Shown: positions 37,716 through 47,453 of the stretch, piece after piece | Layout: every line of letters starts with the position of its first letter | How positions within the stretch are numbered: the first letter of the stretch is position 1 | Assembly (NCBI GenBank): GCA_900539265.1 | Contig: UQBM01000006.1 | Span: forward strand, 7,848-71,847 | Direction: 5' to 3' | Length of the DNA stretch: 64,000 bases | Source: an uncultured Mollicutes bacterium | GTDB lineage: Bacteria > Bacillota_I > Bacilli_A > ML615J-28 > CAG-313 | Made by a program: the position numbers and the translations under genes | Notes under the pieces: model-generated | Database searches by the model: none | What the model was told of the DNA's origin: nothing | What the model saw: the letters and a program-made list of their open reading frames with translations, nothing else

Positions 37716-40184
37716 ATGGAAAAAAGAAAAACAATTTTTATTATCATATTATCATCAATTATTTTGGTGTCTGCATATTTTTCAATTTCAGTTTTATCAA
37801 AACTTGATATTAACAATTATCTACAATATATTCCTATTGGTATTTTTATCATCTCTTTAGCAATTTTAATTTCTATTGCGATAAATATTAAAAATTCAAG
37901 AGAATCAATGACTTTACAAAATAGACTTAAGATGTGGAACTCAATCACTTATAAAGTAAAAAAAGCAGGTGAAACGGCTTTTGATAAATTGCCGATTGGA
38001 ATAATTGTTATTGATAGCGATTCAAAAATTGTATGGGCTAATCAAAATGCTAGAACTATCTTTATGAGTCCTTTAGAACATATTTACTTGAAGGATTTAG
38101 CCTCACCATTATATTCTAAATTACAAGATGTTTTGCAAGATATTGATGAAAATAATGATAATCAAAAAGTTACGTATAATGCTAATATTTATGGAAAAAT
38201 ATATTATATAGAGTATTTAGTTAAATATAATGTAATGTATCTTACTGATATTACTAATTTTGAACTTTTACAAACACAATATTATAATCGAACAGAAGTT
38301 TTAGGTTATATTAATATTGATAATTTAGAAGAATCATTACAAGAATTTGATGTTCAAACGAAAGCAGAATATGAAGGAAAAATTATTGGTGCAATTGCTA
38401 AATGGGCAAATGAAAATGGTGTGTTTGTTAGAGCTCTTACTTCAACTAGATATATTCTAATTACTGACCAAGAGCATTTAGAAAAATTAATTAAATCAAA
38501 TTTTACTATCCTTGATGATATCAAAATTTTATTTACTTCAAGAGTTGTGAGAGTGACTCTTAGTATGGGAATTGCTTGCAACGATGTCAATGTTAATGAT
38601 TTATCCGATGATGCTCAAACTCAACTTGAATTAGCCTTAAGTAGAGGTGGTGATCAAGTTGTTGTTAAAAAAAATAGTGAGATTTTATTTTTTGGTGCTA
38701 AAACAGATCCAATCGTTAAAGAATCAAAAGTTGAAATTAGAGTAAAAAGTGAAGAATTAACGAATCTTATGATTAACTCTTCAAATATTTTTGTTTTAGG
38801 ACATAAAAGTATTGATGCGGATGGATTTGCTGCAACAATTGCGATCTATAGATGGGCAAAAAAACTAGGTAAAAATGCGTTTATTATTTATGATCCTAAA
38901 AGTATTGATTCCACTGTGGAAAAAATTTTTAGAACAATAAAAAAAGAATATATTTCCTTTATGGATGCTTTTGTTATTTATGATGATTTAAAAAAGTTAT
39001 CAAATCGTGAAAGTCTTTTAATGCTTGTGGATTTTCAAACAATTTATCAAGCCATTGATACACGTATTTTTAGCCATTTTGAAAAAATTGGAATTATTGA
39101 TCATCATCGAAGAGGTGCCGGTGCTATTGAGAATCCTAAGTTTTATTATTCACAAGCATCAGCATCTTCTAGTGTTGAATTAATTTTTGAACTAATGTCC
39201 TTTATGAAAGAACCAGTAGAATTTTCAGAATTAGAAGCAACTTGGATGCTTTTGGGAATTGTTGTTGACACCAATAATTTTGTTTATCGAGCATCATCAA
39301 CAACTTTTGAGGTTGCATCAACTCTAAAAAAGTATGGTGCTGATATGAATATTGTAAAAGCATATTTAAAAGAGGATTTAAACGAAAAAATATCAAGACA
39401 AGAAGCAATTTCAACAACAGAAATTTATAAAGAAAAGGTTGCAATTGCACACACTAGTCCAGATGAAATTGTTGAAAGGTCAACTCTAGCAAAAATTTCT
39501 GATGAACTAATATCAATATCGGATATTGAATTAGCTATTACAATTGGTCGGATTACTGAAAATCAGATTGGTTTAAGCGCAAGGAGTCTTGGCAAAATCA
39601 ATTCACAGATTATTATGGAAAAAATGGGTGGTGGCGGACATTTGAATAATGCGGCTGCTCAAAGAAAGAATGAAACAATTGCTGAAACAATTACCATATT
39701 AAAGGAAAAACTTGATGGCTATTTGGCAGAGGAGGAAAATATGAAAATTATTTTAATAAAAGATTTAAAAGGTAAAGGCAAAAAAGGAGATGTAATTGAA
39801 GTTGCAACAGGTTATGGAAATAATTTAATTCGCAACGAAACAGCAATTATTGCATCGCCTGAGAATATGAAAGCTTTAGATGATGAAAAGCATCAAGCTG
39901 CTATTCGTGAGGCAGAATTGATTCAAGAAATGAATGAGTTAAAAACTAAAATTGAAAAGGAAGAAATTAAAATAGCAGTAAGAGTAGGAAAAGATGGTAA
40001 ATTATTTGGTTCGGTTAGTGGTAAGCAAATAGTTGATGCAATTTTTTCACAATTAAACATTAAGTTGGATAAACGTAAATTAGATTTAGAAAATCCTATT
40101 TCATCACTTGGAACATATGAAATACCAATTCAATTGCATAAGGATGTTATAGCAAAGATAAAACTATTTGTTATAGAAGAATAA
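37716..40184 (+). CDS. gdpP: Cyclic-di-AMP phosphodiesterase GdpP (2 TM, PAS, degenerate GGDEF, DHH-DHHA1), read through in frame into ribosomal protein L9 with no stop codon between them
   Basis: DHHRRG and GGGGH mark the DHH/DHHA1 domains. The GdpP C-terminus (...KLDGYLAEEEN) runs straight into MKIILIKDL (L9) without a stop. Probable start is the ATG at 37716 after an RBS (aagaggt). Confidence 0.8.
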   Translation: MEKRKTIFIIILSSIILVSAYFSISVLSKLDINNYLQYIPIGIFIISLAILISIAINIKNSRESMTLQNRLKMWNSITYKVKKAGETAFDKLPIGIIVIDSDSKIVWANQNARTIFMSPLEHIYLKDLASPLYSKLQDVLQDIDENNDNQKVTYNANIYGKIYYIEYLVKYNVMYLTDITNFELLQTQYYNRTEVLGYINIDNLEESLQEFDVQTKAEYEGKIIGAIAKWANENGVFVRALTSTRYILITDQEHLEKLIKSNFTILDDIKILFTSRVVRVTLSMGIACNDVNVNDLSDDAQTQLELALSRGGDQVVVKKNSEILFFGAKTDPIVKESKVEIRVKSEELTNLMINSSNIFVLGHKSIDADGFAATIAIYRWAKKLGKNAFIIYDPKSIDSTVEKIFRTIKKEYISFMDAFVIYDDLKKLSNRESLLMLVDFQTIYQAIDTRIFSHFEKIGIIDHHRRGAGAIENPKFYYSQASASSSVELIFELMSFMKEPVEFSELEATWMLLGIVVDTNNFVYRASSTTFEVASTLKKYGADMNIVKAYLKEDLNEKISRQEAISTTEIYKEKVAIAHTSPDEIVERSTLAKISDELISISDIELAITIGRITENQIGLSARSLGKINSQIIMEKMGGGGHLNNAAAQRKNETIAETITILKEKLDGYLAEEENMKIILIKDLKGKGKKGDVIEVATGYGNNLIRNETAIIASPENMKALDDEKHQAAIREAELIQEMNELKTKIEKEEIKIAVRVGKDGKLFGSVSGKQIVDAIFSQLNIKLDKRKLDLENPISSLGTYEIPIQLHKDVIAKIKLFVIEE
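39741..40184 (+). CDS. rplI: 50S ribosomal protein L9 (internal RBS and ATG inside the gdpP reading frame)
   Basis: RBS gaggagg 5 nt before the ATG at 39741. MKIILIKDLKGKGKKGDVIEV is the canonical L9 N-terminus. Confidence 0.85.
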   Translation: MKIILIKDLKGKGKKGDVIEVATGYGNNLIRNETAIIASPENMKALDDEKHQAAIREAELIQEMNELKTKIEKEEIKIAVRVGKDGKLFGSVSGKQIVDAIFSQLNIKLDKRKLDLENPISSLGTYEIPIQLHKDVIAKIKLFVIEE

Positions 40185-40197
40185 TAAGGAGAATATT

Positions 40198-41622
40198 ATG
40201 GAAAATCGTATAAAATCGGTACCATATAATAATGATGCGGAGATGTATGTTTTAGGTAGTATCTTACTTGAAAACAATGTTATTAATCAAATTGTTGGTA
40301 AACTTACTGCTGATGATTTTTATAATCCCCAAAATGCTACTATTTTTAAAGCAATGATGAGCTTATTTAATAACTCAGTTAAGATTGAAACTGTATCAGT
40401 TACAGAACAACTTATTCGTGATAAAGTTTCTAACATTGACGATTATAAGACATATTTGGTTGATCTTTTAGATATGATTCCATCAATATCATCTGTTAAT
40501 TTATACATTAATATTGTGGAAGAAAAAGCTATTGAAAGAAAGATTTTAGCAAATATGCAAGAATTATCAAGCGATATTCTAACTTCAAAATATGATTTTA
40601 ATGCAATTTTAGATAAGGCAGAGGATATTATTTTAAAGGTTATTAAAAAAAGAAGAACATCAGATTTTATGACAATTGCTGAAGCTGCTAAGGTTGTTTA
40701 TGAACAAATAGAGGGTTATGTTGGTAATAATTCAGACTTAACTGGTCTTAATACAGGATATCCTAATTTAAATAAAGCCACCCTTGGTTTTCAAAAAGGT
40801 GACTTGATGATTTTGGCTGCAAGACCATCAGTTGGTAAATCTTCTTATGCAATTAATCTTGCTTTAAACATTGCAAATATGAATAAGGATAAACATATTG
40901 CTTTATTTTCATTAGAAATGAGTATTGAACAATTGATGATGAGAATATTTAGTTATCAAGCTAATATTGAACTTTCTAATATTAGAAGTGGTCATCTTGC
41001 AAGTGATGAATTATTATTACTATCAATTGCAAAACAGGATTTAAGTAAACTAAATCTCCATTTTGATGAAAGTAGTTCAACCAATATTGCGGATATTAGA
41101 TCTAAATGTCGCCAATTAAAACAAGCAGATCAATTGGATTTTATCATTATTGACTATCTACAACTTATCACTTTATCGGATTCTAGAGGAAATCGTCAAG
41201 AAGAAGTTTCAAAAATTTCAAGACAATTAAAAACTTTAGCTCGTGAATTAGATGTACCAATTCTTGCTTTATCACAACTTTCTCGAGGCATTGAAACTCG
41301 TGATGATAAAAGACCAGTTTTGGCCGATCTTCGTGAATCTGGTAGTATAGAACAAGATGCCGATTTAGTAATGTTCTTATATCGTAGAAGTGATGTTGAA
41401 GATAATAGTAGTGATGAAGATCAGGTAGATGGTAGTAAAAAAGAAGAAAAAGCATATCAAGAAGTGGTTTTATCAATAGCTAAAAATCGTCAAGGACCTA
41501 TTGACTATATTGATTATCACTTTTATGGAGCATACTCTCGTTTTAGTGAACAAAAAGAGAAAAAACCAATTATTATTAAAAAAAGGTCTCGTTCAGTTAA
41601 AACAAAAAAACTTAATGAGTAG
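40198..41622 (+). CDS. dnaB: Replicative DNA helicase
   Basis: An N-terminal DnaB domain and a RecA-like domain with Walker A GARPSVGKSS. Confidence 0.9.
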   Translation: MENRIKSVPYNNDAEMYVLGSILLENNVINQIVGKLTADDFYNPQNATIFKAMMSLFNNSVKIETVSVTEQLIRDKVSNIDDYKTYLVDLLDMIPSISSVNLYINIVEEKAIERKILANMQELSSDILTSKYDFNAILDKAEDIILKVIKKRRTSDFMTIAEAAKVVYEQIEGYVGNNSDLTGLNTGYPNLNKATLGFQKGDLMILAARPSVGKSSYAINLALNIANMNKDKHIALFSLEMSIEQLMMRIFSYQANIELSNIRSGHLASDELLLLSIAKQDLSKLNLHFDESSSTNIADIRSKCRQLKQADQLDFIIIDYLQLITLSDSRGNRQEEVSKISRQLKTLARELDVPILALSQLSRGIETRDDKRPVLADLRESGSIEQDADLVMFLYRRSDVEDNSSDEDQVDGSKKEEKAYQEVVLSIAKNRQGPIDYIDYHFYGAYSRFSEQKEKKPIIIKKRSRSVKTKKLNE

Positions 41623-41640
41623 AAACAAGGAGATAATAAA

Positions 41641-42711
41641 ATGATAGATCGTTTAGAAGTAATTCGTCAAAGATATAATCAAATAGGCGAACAACTTACA
41701 GACCCAAATATTGTTTCAGATATTAAAAAAATGACTGCGCTTTCTAAAGAGCAAAGATCATTAGAAAAAGTTGTTAATAAGTATGAAGAGTTAATAAAAC
41801 TTCAAAAAGATATTGAAGATTTAAAAGAAATGGTAAATGATTCGGATTTAGAAATTCAACAAATGGCTGAAATAGAATTAGAAGAAGCACAGTTAAAACT
41901 ACCACGATTAGAAGAAGAGATAAAAATATTACTTCTTCCCAAAGATCCTAACGATGAAAAAAATGTTATTGTTGAAATTAGAGGTGCTGCAGGCGGTGAT
42001 GAAGGAAATATTTTTGCAGGTGACTTATTTAGAATGTATATCAAATATGCTGAAACTAAAGGATGGAAGGTAGAAATTTTAGATTCATTACCATGTGAGG
42101 CAGGAGGATTTAGTCAAATTAGTTTTATGATTAATGGAGATTCGGTATATTCTTTGATGAAATATGAATCTGGCTCTCATCGTGTCCAAAGAGTGCCAAC
42201 AACTGAATCAGCAGGAAGAATTCATACTTCTACAGCAACTGTGCTTGTAATGCCAGAGGCAGAAGAAATTGAAGTTGAATTAGATATGAATGATGTAAGA
42301 ATTGATACTTTTTGTGCATCAGGACCAGGTGGACAGTGTGTTAATACTACAAAATCAGCTATTAGAGTAACTCATATTCCAACAGGAATTGTTGTATCAT
42401 GTCAAGATGGTAAGAGTCAACATGAAAATAAAGCTAGTGCCTTAAAAGTTTTAAGGGCGAGACTTTATGATCATATGCTTCAAGAAAAAGAAAAAGAAGA
42501 AGGATTAGAACGTCAAGCCAAAATTGGTCATGGTGATCGTAGTGAAAAAATTAGAACCTACAATTATCCTCAAAATCGTTTAACAGATCATAGAATAGGA
42601 TATACTGTTCAACAACTTGATCGTATTATGGAGGGTCGCTTAGATGGATTGTTTGAGGCATTAATTACATATTATCAAAAACAGCAATTAAGTGTTGATA
42701 ATAATGCATAA
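41641..42711 (+). CDS. prfA: Peptide chain release factor 1
   Basis: It has the GGQ motif and the RF1-type tripeptide region (VPTTES). Confidence 0.85.
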   Translation: MIDRLEVIRQRYNQIGEQLTDPNIVSDIKKMTALSKEQRSLEKVVNKYEELIKLQKDIEDLKEMVNDSDLEIQQMAEIELEEAQLKLPRLEEEIKILLLPKDPNDEKNVIVEIRGAAGGDEGNIFAGDLFRMYIKYAETKGWKVEILDSLPCEAGGFSQISFMINGDSVYSLMKYESGSHRVQRVPTTESAGRIHTSTATVLVMPEAEEIEVELDMNDVRIDTFCASGPGGQCVNTTKSAIRVTHIPTGIVVSCQDGKSQHENKASALKVLRARLYDHMLQEKEKEEGLERQAKIGHGDRSEKIRTYNYPQNRLTDHRIGYTVQQLDRIMEGRLDGLFEALITYYQKQQLSVDNNA

Positions 42712-42737
42712 AAACTAAAGATAATGAATATAAAGAA

Positions 42738-43904
42738 GTGGTGATGAAAATGCCACTTTTTATTTATGAAGATTTAGTGGAAAAAAATGTTAAAATAATT
42801 TCTTCTTATACAAGAAGAAAAATTATGGCAGTCGTTAAAAGTGATGCTTATGGATTATCAGCAAAAAAGATGATATCACTTTTAAAAAAGGCTAACATTG
42901 ATTTTTTTGTTTTTGAAAAATACTCGGAATATTTAAAATGTCAAAACTTATTAAGAGATAAAAGAGTATTAATATTAGAAAGTCCGTCAATATCACTAAT
43001 ACAAAATACGCCTAATAATGTGGCTTTTTCAATCAATTCAATAATTGATGCAATTAACATTAAAGATATACAATCTAAGGTCACAATTCATTTGCGTGTT
43101 GATACAGGAATGAACCGGCAGGGAGTTAGAAATATTGAAGAGTTAGAAAAAATTTTAACAATGTTTAAAACAAATAAAAATATTTTTATTGAAGGATTAT
43201 ATACTCATTTTTCTTCAGATGTCTTTGAGTCGAAATATTATGAAAAACAATTAGAGAATTTCAAGAAATATCAAAAAATAGGTCATTTTTCTATTATTCA
43301 CGCAAATGCAACAAAGAGTTTAAATAAAGAATTGGTTGGTAATTATGTTAGAGTTGGAATGGCACTTTATGGTTATCATCAACCATATTTATCCCTTCAA
43401 AGATCAGTTAGTTTAATAGAAACCCCGTGTAGTGTTTTTAAAGTTAGTAAAAAAGATAAAATTGGATATAATCAAATAAAGGTTGGAAATGAAGTAGTAG
43501 GAGTGCTTCCCATTGGCTATAATGATGTCAATTTAGATGATATTACTAATATTTATCAAAAAGGTCAAAAATATGCTCTTATTGGAAAAAATTGTATGAA
43601 TCATACTCATTTTTTAGCAAATGACAAAATTAATTATTTAAGTTGGTTGTCGATTTTACCTACTAATGGTATAATAATAGATAGTAATGATTATAATTAT
43701 AATTTAAATTGGTATCACATTTTAACTTCGTTGAAGGGAATGCCAAAAAATTATATTAGAAGGAGAAATTATGACGTACCAAAAATATTTAAATATAATG
43801 GGGAAAAAGGCCTTAGAACAAAATTTAGAAAAGGAAGCAATCAAACTTTTAGTTTTAGAACTATCCAAAATGGATGGCGCAACTTTTTTTGCGAAATTAA
43901 ATGA
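42738..43904 (+). CDS. alr: Alanine racemase (divergent)
   Basis: The PLP-Lys motif AVVKSDAYG matches the consensus VVKANAYGHG. It is about 388 aa. Its 3' end overlaps prmC by 134 nt. Confidence 0.6.
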   Translation: MVMKMPLFIYEDLVEKNVKIISSYTRRKIMAVVKSDAYGLSAKKMISLLKKANIDFFVFEKYSEYLKCQNLLRDKRVLILESPSISLIQNTPNNVAFSINSIIDAINIKDIQSKVTIHLRVDTGMNRQGVRNIEELEKILTMFKTNKNIFIEGLYTHFSSDVFESKYYEKQLENFKKYQKIGHFSIIHANATKSLNKELVGNYVRVGMALYGYHQPYLSLQRSVSLIETPCSVFKVSKKDKIGYNQIKVGNEVVGVLPIGYNDVNLDDITNIYQKGQKYALIGKNCMNHTHFLANDKINYLSWLSILPTNGIIIDSNDYNYNLNWYHILTSLKGMPKNYIRRRNYDVPKIFKYNGEKGLRTKFRKGSNQTFSFRTIQNGWRNFFCEIK

Positions 43905-44619
43905 AGAAATCCCTGATGATTTAAAAAATGTATATGATGATGCTATAAATCTTTATTTAAATAATCATTTACCTATTCAACATATTATTGGATATACATA
44001 TTTTTATGGTTACAAGATAAAAGTAAATGATAAAGTATTAATTCCAAGACCAGAGACAGAGGAATTAGTAGGCTATGCTATGCAAACTTATGATGATGTT
44101 TTTGATGGACAAATTGTTGATTTAGTAGATATTGGAACAGGAAGTGGAGCCATTGCAATTGCTTTAGCCAAAGAGGAACCAAAATTTAAAGTTGTGGCAA
44201 CTGATATTTCTGAAGATGCTTTATTAGTTGCAAAAGAAAATGCTTTGCAAAATAATGCTAAAATTGAATTTATTAAAGGAAATATGTTAGAACCTCTAAT
44301 TGAAAAAAATTTAAAATTTGATATTTTAGTTTCTAATCCCCCATATATTCCAGATGATGAGTATGTTGATGATATTGTTAAAAACAATGAACCCAACATT
44401 GCTCTTTTTGGCGGTAGTGATGGAATGTACTTTTATGATGTGATTTTATCAAAGGCGGATAAAATTTTAAAAGATAAAAATATTATTTTATTTGAACATA
44501 GTTATTCTAAGAAAAAAGAAATGTTAGCACTTGTTAAAAAATATTTTCCAAAGGGAAAGGTTGAAGTAATTAAAGATTTAAATGGAAAGGATCGTTTCAC
44601 GATAGTAGTTAATAATTAA
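43771..44619 (+). CDS. prmC: Release factor glutamine N5-methyltransferase PrmC (HemK)
   Basis: It has the NPPY motif (VSNPPYIP) and the SAM motif DIGTGSG. Confidence 0.85.
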   Translation: MTYQKYLNIMGKKALEQNLEKEAIKLLVLELSKMDGATFFAKLNEEIPDDLKNVYDDAINLYLNNHLPIQHIIGYTYFYGYKIKVNDKVLIPRPETEELVGYAMQTYDDVFDGQIVDLVDIGTGSGAIAIALAKEEPKFKVVATDISEDALLVAKENALQNNAKIEFIKGNMLEPLIEKNLKFDILVSNPPYIPDDEYVDDIVKNNEPNIALFGGSDGMYFYDVILSKADKILKDKNIILFEHSYSKKKEMLALVKKYFPKGKVEVIKDLNGKDRFTIVVNN

Positions 44620-44620
44620 A

Positions 44621-45196
44621 ATGTTTATAGATAATAATAATCAAATATCAAAAGAAAAATTAAGAGGAAAGGTAATAGCATATCCAACAGATACCGTTTT
44701 TGGCATTGGTGCAATGATAGACGATTTAAAGGCTATAAGTAAAATATATAAACTTAAAAAAAGAAGTTTTGATAAACCTCTTGCTATTCTTGCTTCTAAA
44801 GTAGAAGATATTTTGCCATATATTGAAATGCCGAGTGAAGAAATCCTTAACATAATGAAAAAATATTGGCCTGGTGCTTTAACCATTATTTTTAAAAAAA
44901 ATCATTCTATTACTTCCCAACATATATCAAGGTTTGACACAATTGCTTTTAGAATTCCTAATAATACTATTGCTTTAAATATTTTGGAAAAAACGGGGCC
45001 TCTTGCTACTACAAGTGTCAATATAAGTGGTAACAAACCAATTAATACTTATCAAGAAATAGATAAGTTATTTGGTGATACAATTGATTATTTATTTGTG
45101 AAAAATGTTAATTCATCGAATATTTCTTCAACTATTATTGATGTAACCAACAATCATTTGAAGATTGTTAGACAAGGTGAAATAAAAATTTTATAA
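44621..45196 (+). CDS. tsaC: L-threonylcarbamoyladenylate synthase, TsaC/YwlC type
   Basis: YPTDTVFGIGA is typical of the YrdC/Sua5 family. It is 191 aa, the short form. Confidence 0.85.
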   Translation: MFIDNNNQISKEKLRGKVIAYPTDTVFGIGAMIDDLKAISKIYKLKKRSFDKPLAILASKVEDILPYIEMPSEEILNIMKKYWPGALTIIFKKNHSITSQHISRFDTIAFRIPNNTIALNILEKTGPLATTSVNISGNKPINTYQEIDKLFGDTIDYLFVKNVNSSNISSTIIDVTNNHLKIVRQGEIKIL

Positions 45197-45245
45197 AAAT
45201 GGTATAATTTAACCAATATTTACCAATAATATTTTTGGTGATATT

Positions 45246-45707
45246 ATGAAAAAAAAGGTTTTACAGATTATTATATCCATATTATATTTATTTTTATTAA
45301 CTTGTTGTAATCCTAAAAATAGCGAATTGCGCTTAAGAATTGTTGCTAATTCAAATAATGAAGATGATCAAGCAGTTAAGATAGAAGTTAAAGAGTTTGT
45401 CAAAGAGTATTTAGAAAAAGTTGAAATTCCTAAATTAGATTTAGCAACATTAGAAGATGAATTAAATAAGCATTTTCTAAATACTCAAATAGAAGTTAAA
45501 AGAACAAAATCTAATTATGAGGCAAAATCATATAATGGTAGATTGATTCAAGCAGGTTCTTATGATACGATTTTAATCACAATTGGTGAAGGAAAAGGAA
45601 AAAATTTTTGGACTCTTTTATATCCCGAATTTTTTGATATTTCTTTTGAGGATGATCATGAAGTAGAATATCGTAGTTTTTTCTTTGATTTATTTAAAGG
45701 GAAGTAA
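45246..45707 (+). CDS. spoIIR: Stage II sporulation protein R
   Basis: LRLRIVANSNNEDDQ and YDTILITIGEGKGKNFWTLLYPEFF match B. subtilis SpoIIR IRLRILANSDSDQDQ and YEAILITLGNGDGANWWCVLFP. A lipoprotein-type signal is present. Confidence 0.75.
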   Translation: MKKKVLQIIISILYLFLLTCCNPKNSELRLRIVANSNNEDDQAVKIEVKEFVKEYLEKVEIPKLDLATLEDELNKHFLNTQIEVKRTKSNYEAKSYNGRLIQAGSYDTILITIGEGKGKNFWTLLYPEFFDISFEDDHEVEYRSFFFDLFKGK

Positions 45708-45738
45708 GAATATTTAAGGCAAAAATTCGTATAATATA

Positions 45739-46176
45739 ATGGTGATTATTTTGCAAGTAATAAATATAAATGAAGAATTAAAAAAGGAAATTATTAATTT
45801 TTTATCAAATATTAGCTCAGTAACGGAGATTGATGAAGACATTATATCAAGTGGTGTAGCTTTATTAGATGATAATCAAATAAAAGGTTATATTACATAT
45901 GAGAAGTTCTGTGAATATGGTTTAATAAGATACTTTATTTTTCAAAAAAATTTGCCATCATCGTCAATTATTGATATGTTTTCCTCACTAGTATCAAGAG
46001 CTAAAACAGATGAGATTGAAAGTTTTATCTCGATTGGTAAAACCCAAGAAGTAATTGATTTATTTAATGAACTTGCCTTTTATCAAATAGAACAAGATAA
46101 TTTTTTGATAAATGGTCAAAATCTAAAGGGGACAGAATTAGAAGAAGCCAAGGTTTTAAAGTTTGATATTATATAA
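45739..46176 (+). CDS. Hypothetical protein (145 aa), possibly YwlB-like by synteny
   Basis: Its position between spoIIR and rpiB mirrors the B. subtilis ywl region. No motif recognised. Confidence 0.35.
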   Translation: MVIILQVININEELKKEIINFLSNISSVTEIDEDIISSGVALLDDNQIKGYITYEKFCEYGLIRYFIFQKNLPSSSIIDMFSSLVSRAKTDEIESFISIGKTQEVIDLFNELAFYQIEQDNFLINGQNLKGTELEEAKVLKFDII

Positions 46177-46324
46177 ATAAAAATTTAAATTAACATCTAT
46201 TGATGATTTATTACGAAAACAAATAAATCTAAATAGATGTTTTTAAAATGTAATTTTTTATTCATAAACTTGTTAAAAATTCCAAAATATGTTATAATAC
46301 ATCTTATCAAAGGGAGATGACGTT

Positions 46325-46774
46325 ATGAGAGTTGCAATTGGATCAGATCACGCAGGGTATGAATTAAAAAGTTCTTTAGTAAAGTATTTACAACATCAAA
46401 AAGTTGAGGTTCACGATATGGGTACTTTTAGCAAAGAATCGGTAGACTATCCTGATTATGCTATTCAAGTTTGTCAAACTGTAATAAGGGACAATAGTGA
46501 CTTTGGTATTTTGATTTGCTATACGGGAATTGGAATGAGCATTGTCGCAAATAAAGTTAAAGGTATTAGAGCTGCTCTTGTTGATAATATTGAAAATGCT
46601 AGATTAACAAGGGAACACAATGATGCTAATGTCTTATGCTTAGGTGCTAAAGATGTAGATTATGAAAAGGCTAAAGCAATTATTGATACTTTTTTAAATA
46701 CCAATTTTACCGAAGGACGTCATTTGAATCGCGTTAAGAAAGTGATGAATATCGAAAAAAATGAAAAAAAATAA
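46325..46774 (+). CDS. rpiB: Ribose-5-phosphate isomerase B
   Basis: RVAIGSDHAGYELK ... CYTGIGMSI. Confidence 0.9.
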   Translation: MRVAIGSDHAGYELKSSLVKYLQHQKVEVHDMGTFSKESVDYPDYAIQVCQTVIRDNSDFGILICYTGIGMSIVANKVKGIRAALVDNIENARLTREHNDANVLCLGAKDVDYEKAKAIIDTFLNTNFTEGRHLNRVKKVMNIEKNEKK

Positions 46775-47063
46775 GGATAATTTAGTTAAAGATTTAAAAA
46801 TATATAATTTAGTAATGACTAATGTTTGGCAACTTTTAACCATAATTGCTATTGGTATTTTGGCAGGATATTTATTTGAAAAATATGCAACAAATCAAGA
46901 TATTAATTATATGGCCTTTTCCATTATTTTCTTTTCCATTATAGGAATTATTAATTTTTTTGTAAGCATACTAAAAGGTGTTAAAAAATTAGAAAAAACT
47001 GATAAAGATAAAAAGACTAAGAACAAAGAAACAATTATTGATGAGCAAAATGATGATAAATAA
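46761..47063 (+). CDS. Small membrane protein upstream of the atp operon (AtpZ-like?)
   Basis: Two TM helices and a position immediately before atpI/atpB. Confidence 0.35.
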   Translation: MKKNKDNLVKDLKIYNLVMTNVWQLLTIIAIGILAGYLFEKYATNQDINYMAFSIIFFSIIGIINFFVSILKGVKKLEKTDKDKKTKNKETIIDEQNDDK

Positions 47064-47451
47064 TCTAACAAATGAAGATTTAAAAATATTAAAACTATCT
47101 TTTATTGTAATGTTTTGCTTAGTAATTATTTCTTTAGTTTTTGCATTTTTTATTGATTTTTGGCAATATACATGGGCTCTTAGTATTTTAATTGGCTATA
47201 TATCAGCAGTTATTTGCTATATTAAACTTGTATATGTTGTTACAAATGTTACGAATTTTATTTATCAAAACCCTAAGAAGGTTTTCATTTTAAATAATTT
47301 ATCCAGTTTACTTATATATTTTATTGTTTTATTAATTAGTGTACTAGTGCCAATTTTTAACATTTATTTATGCTTTTTAGGAATAGTAATTATTAAAATT
47401 GTTATTATAATACTTTATGGAAGAAAACCAAAAGCAAAGGAGGATGAATAG
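47038..47451 (+). CDS. atpI: ATP synthase protein I-like membrane protein
   Basis: A 4-TM small protein directly preceding atpB. Confidence 0.45.
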   Translation: MMSKMMINNLTNEDLKILKLSFIVMFCLVIISLVFAFFIDFWQYTWALSILIGYISAVICYIKLVYVVTNVTNFIYQNPKKVFILNNLSSLLIYFIVLLISVLVPIFNIYLCFLGIVIIKIVIIILYGRKPKAKEDE

Positions 47452-47453
47452 GA

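Noticed and set aside
37236-39450. Several 60-90-aa ORFs overlapping DegV and gdpP on either strand
   Set aside because: They overlap conserved-domain CDSs and have no independent support.
37716-40184. Treating gdpP-rplI as a genuine single fusion gene only
   Set aside because: The L9 portion keeps its own strong RBS and ATG, so independent L9 translation is likely. The missing stop could also be a sequence error. Both interpretations are kept open rather than asserting a fusion.
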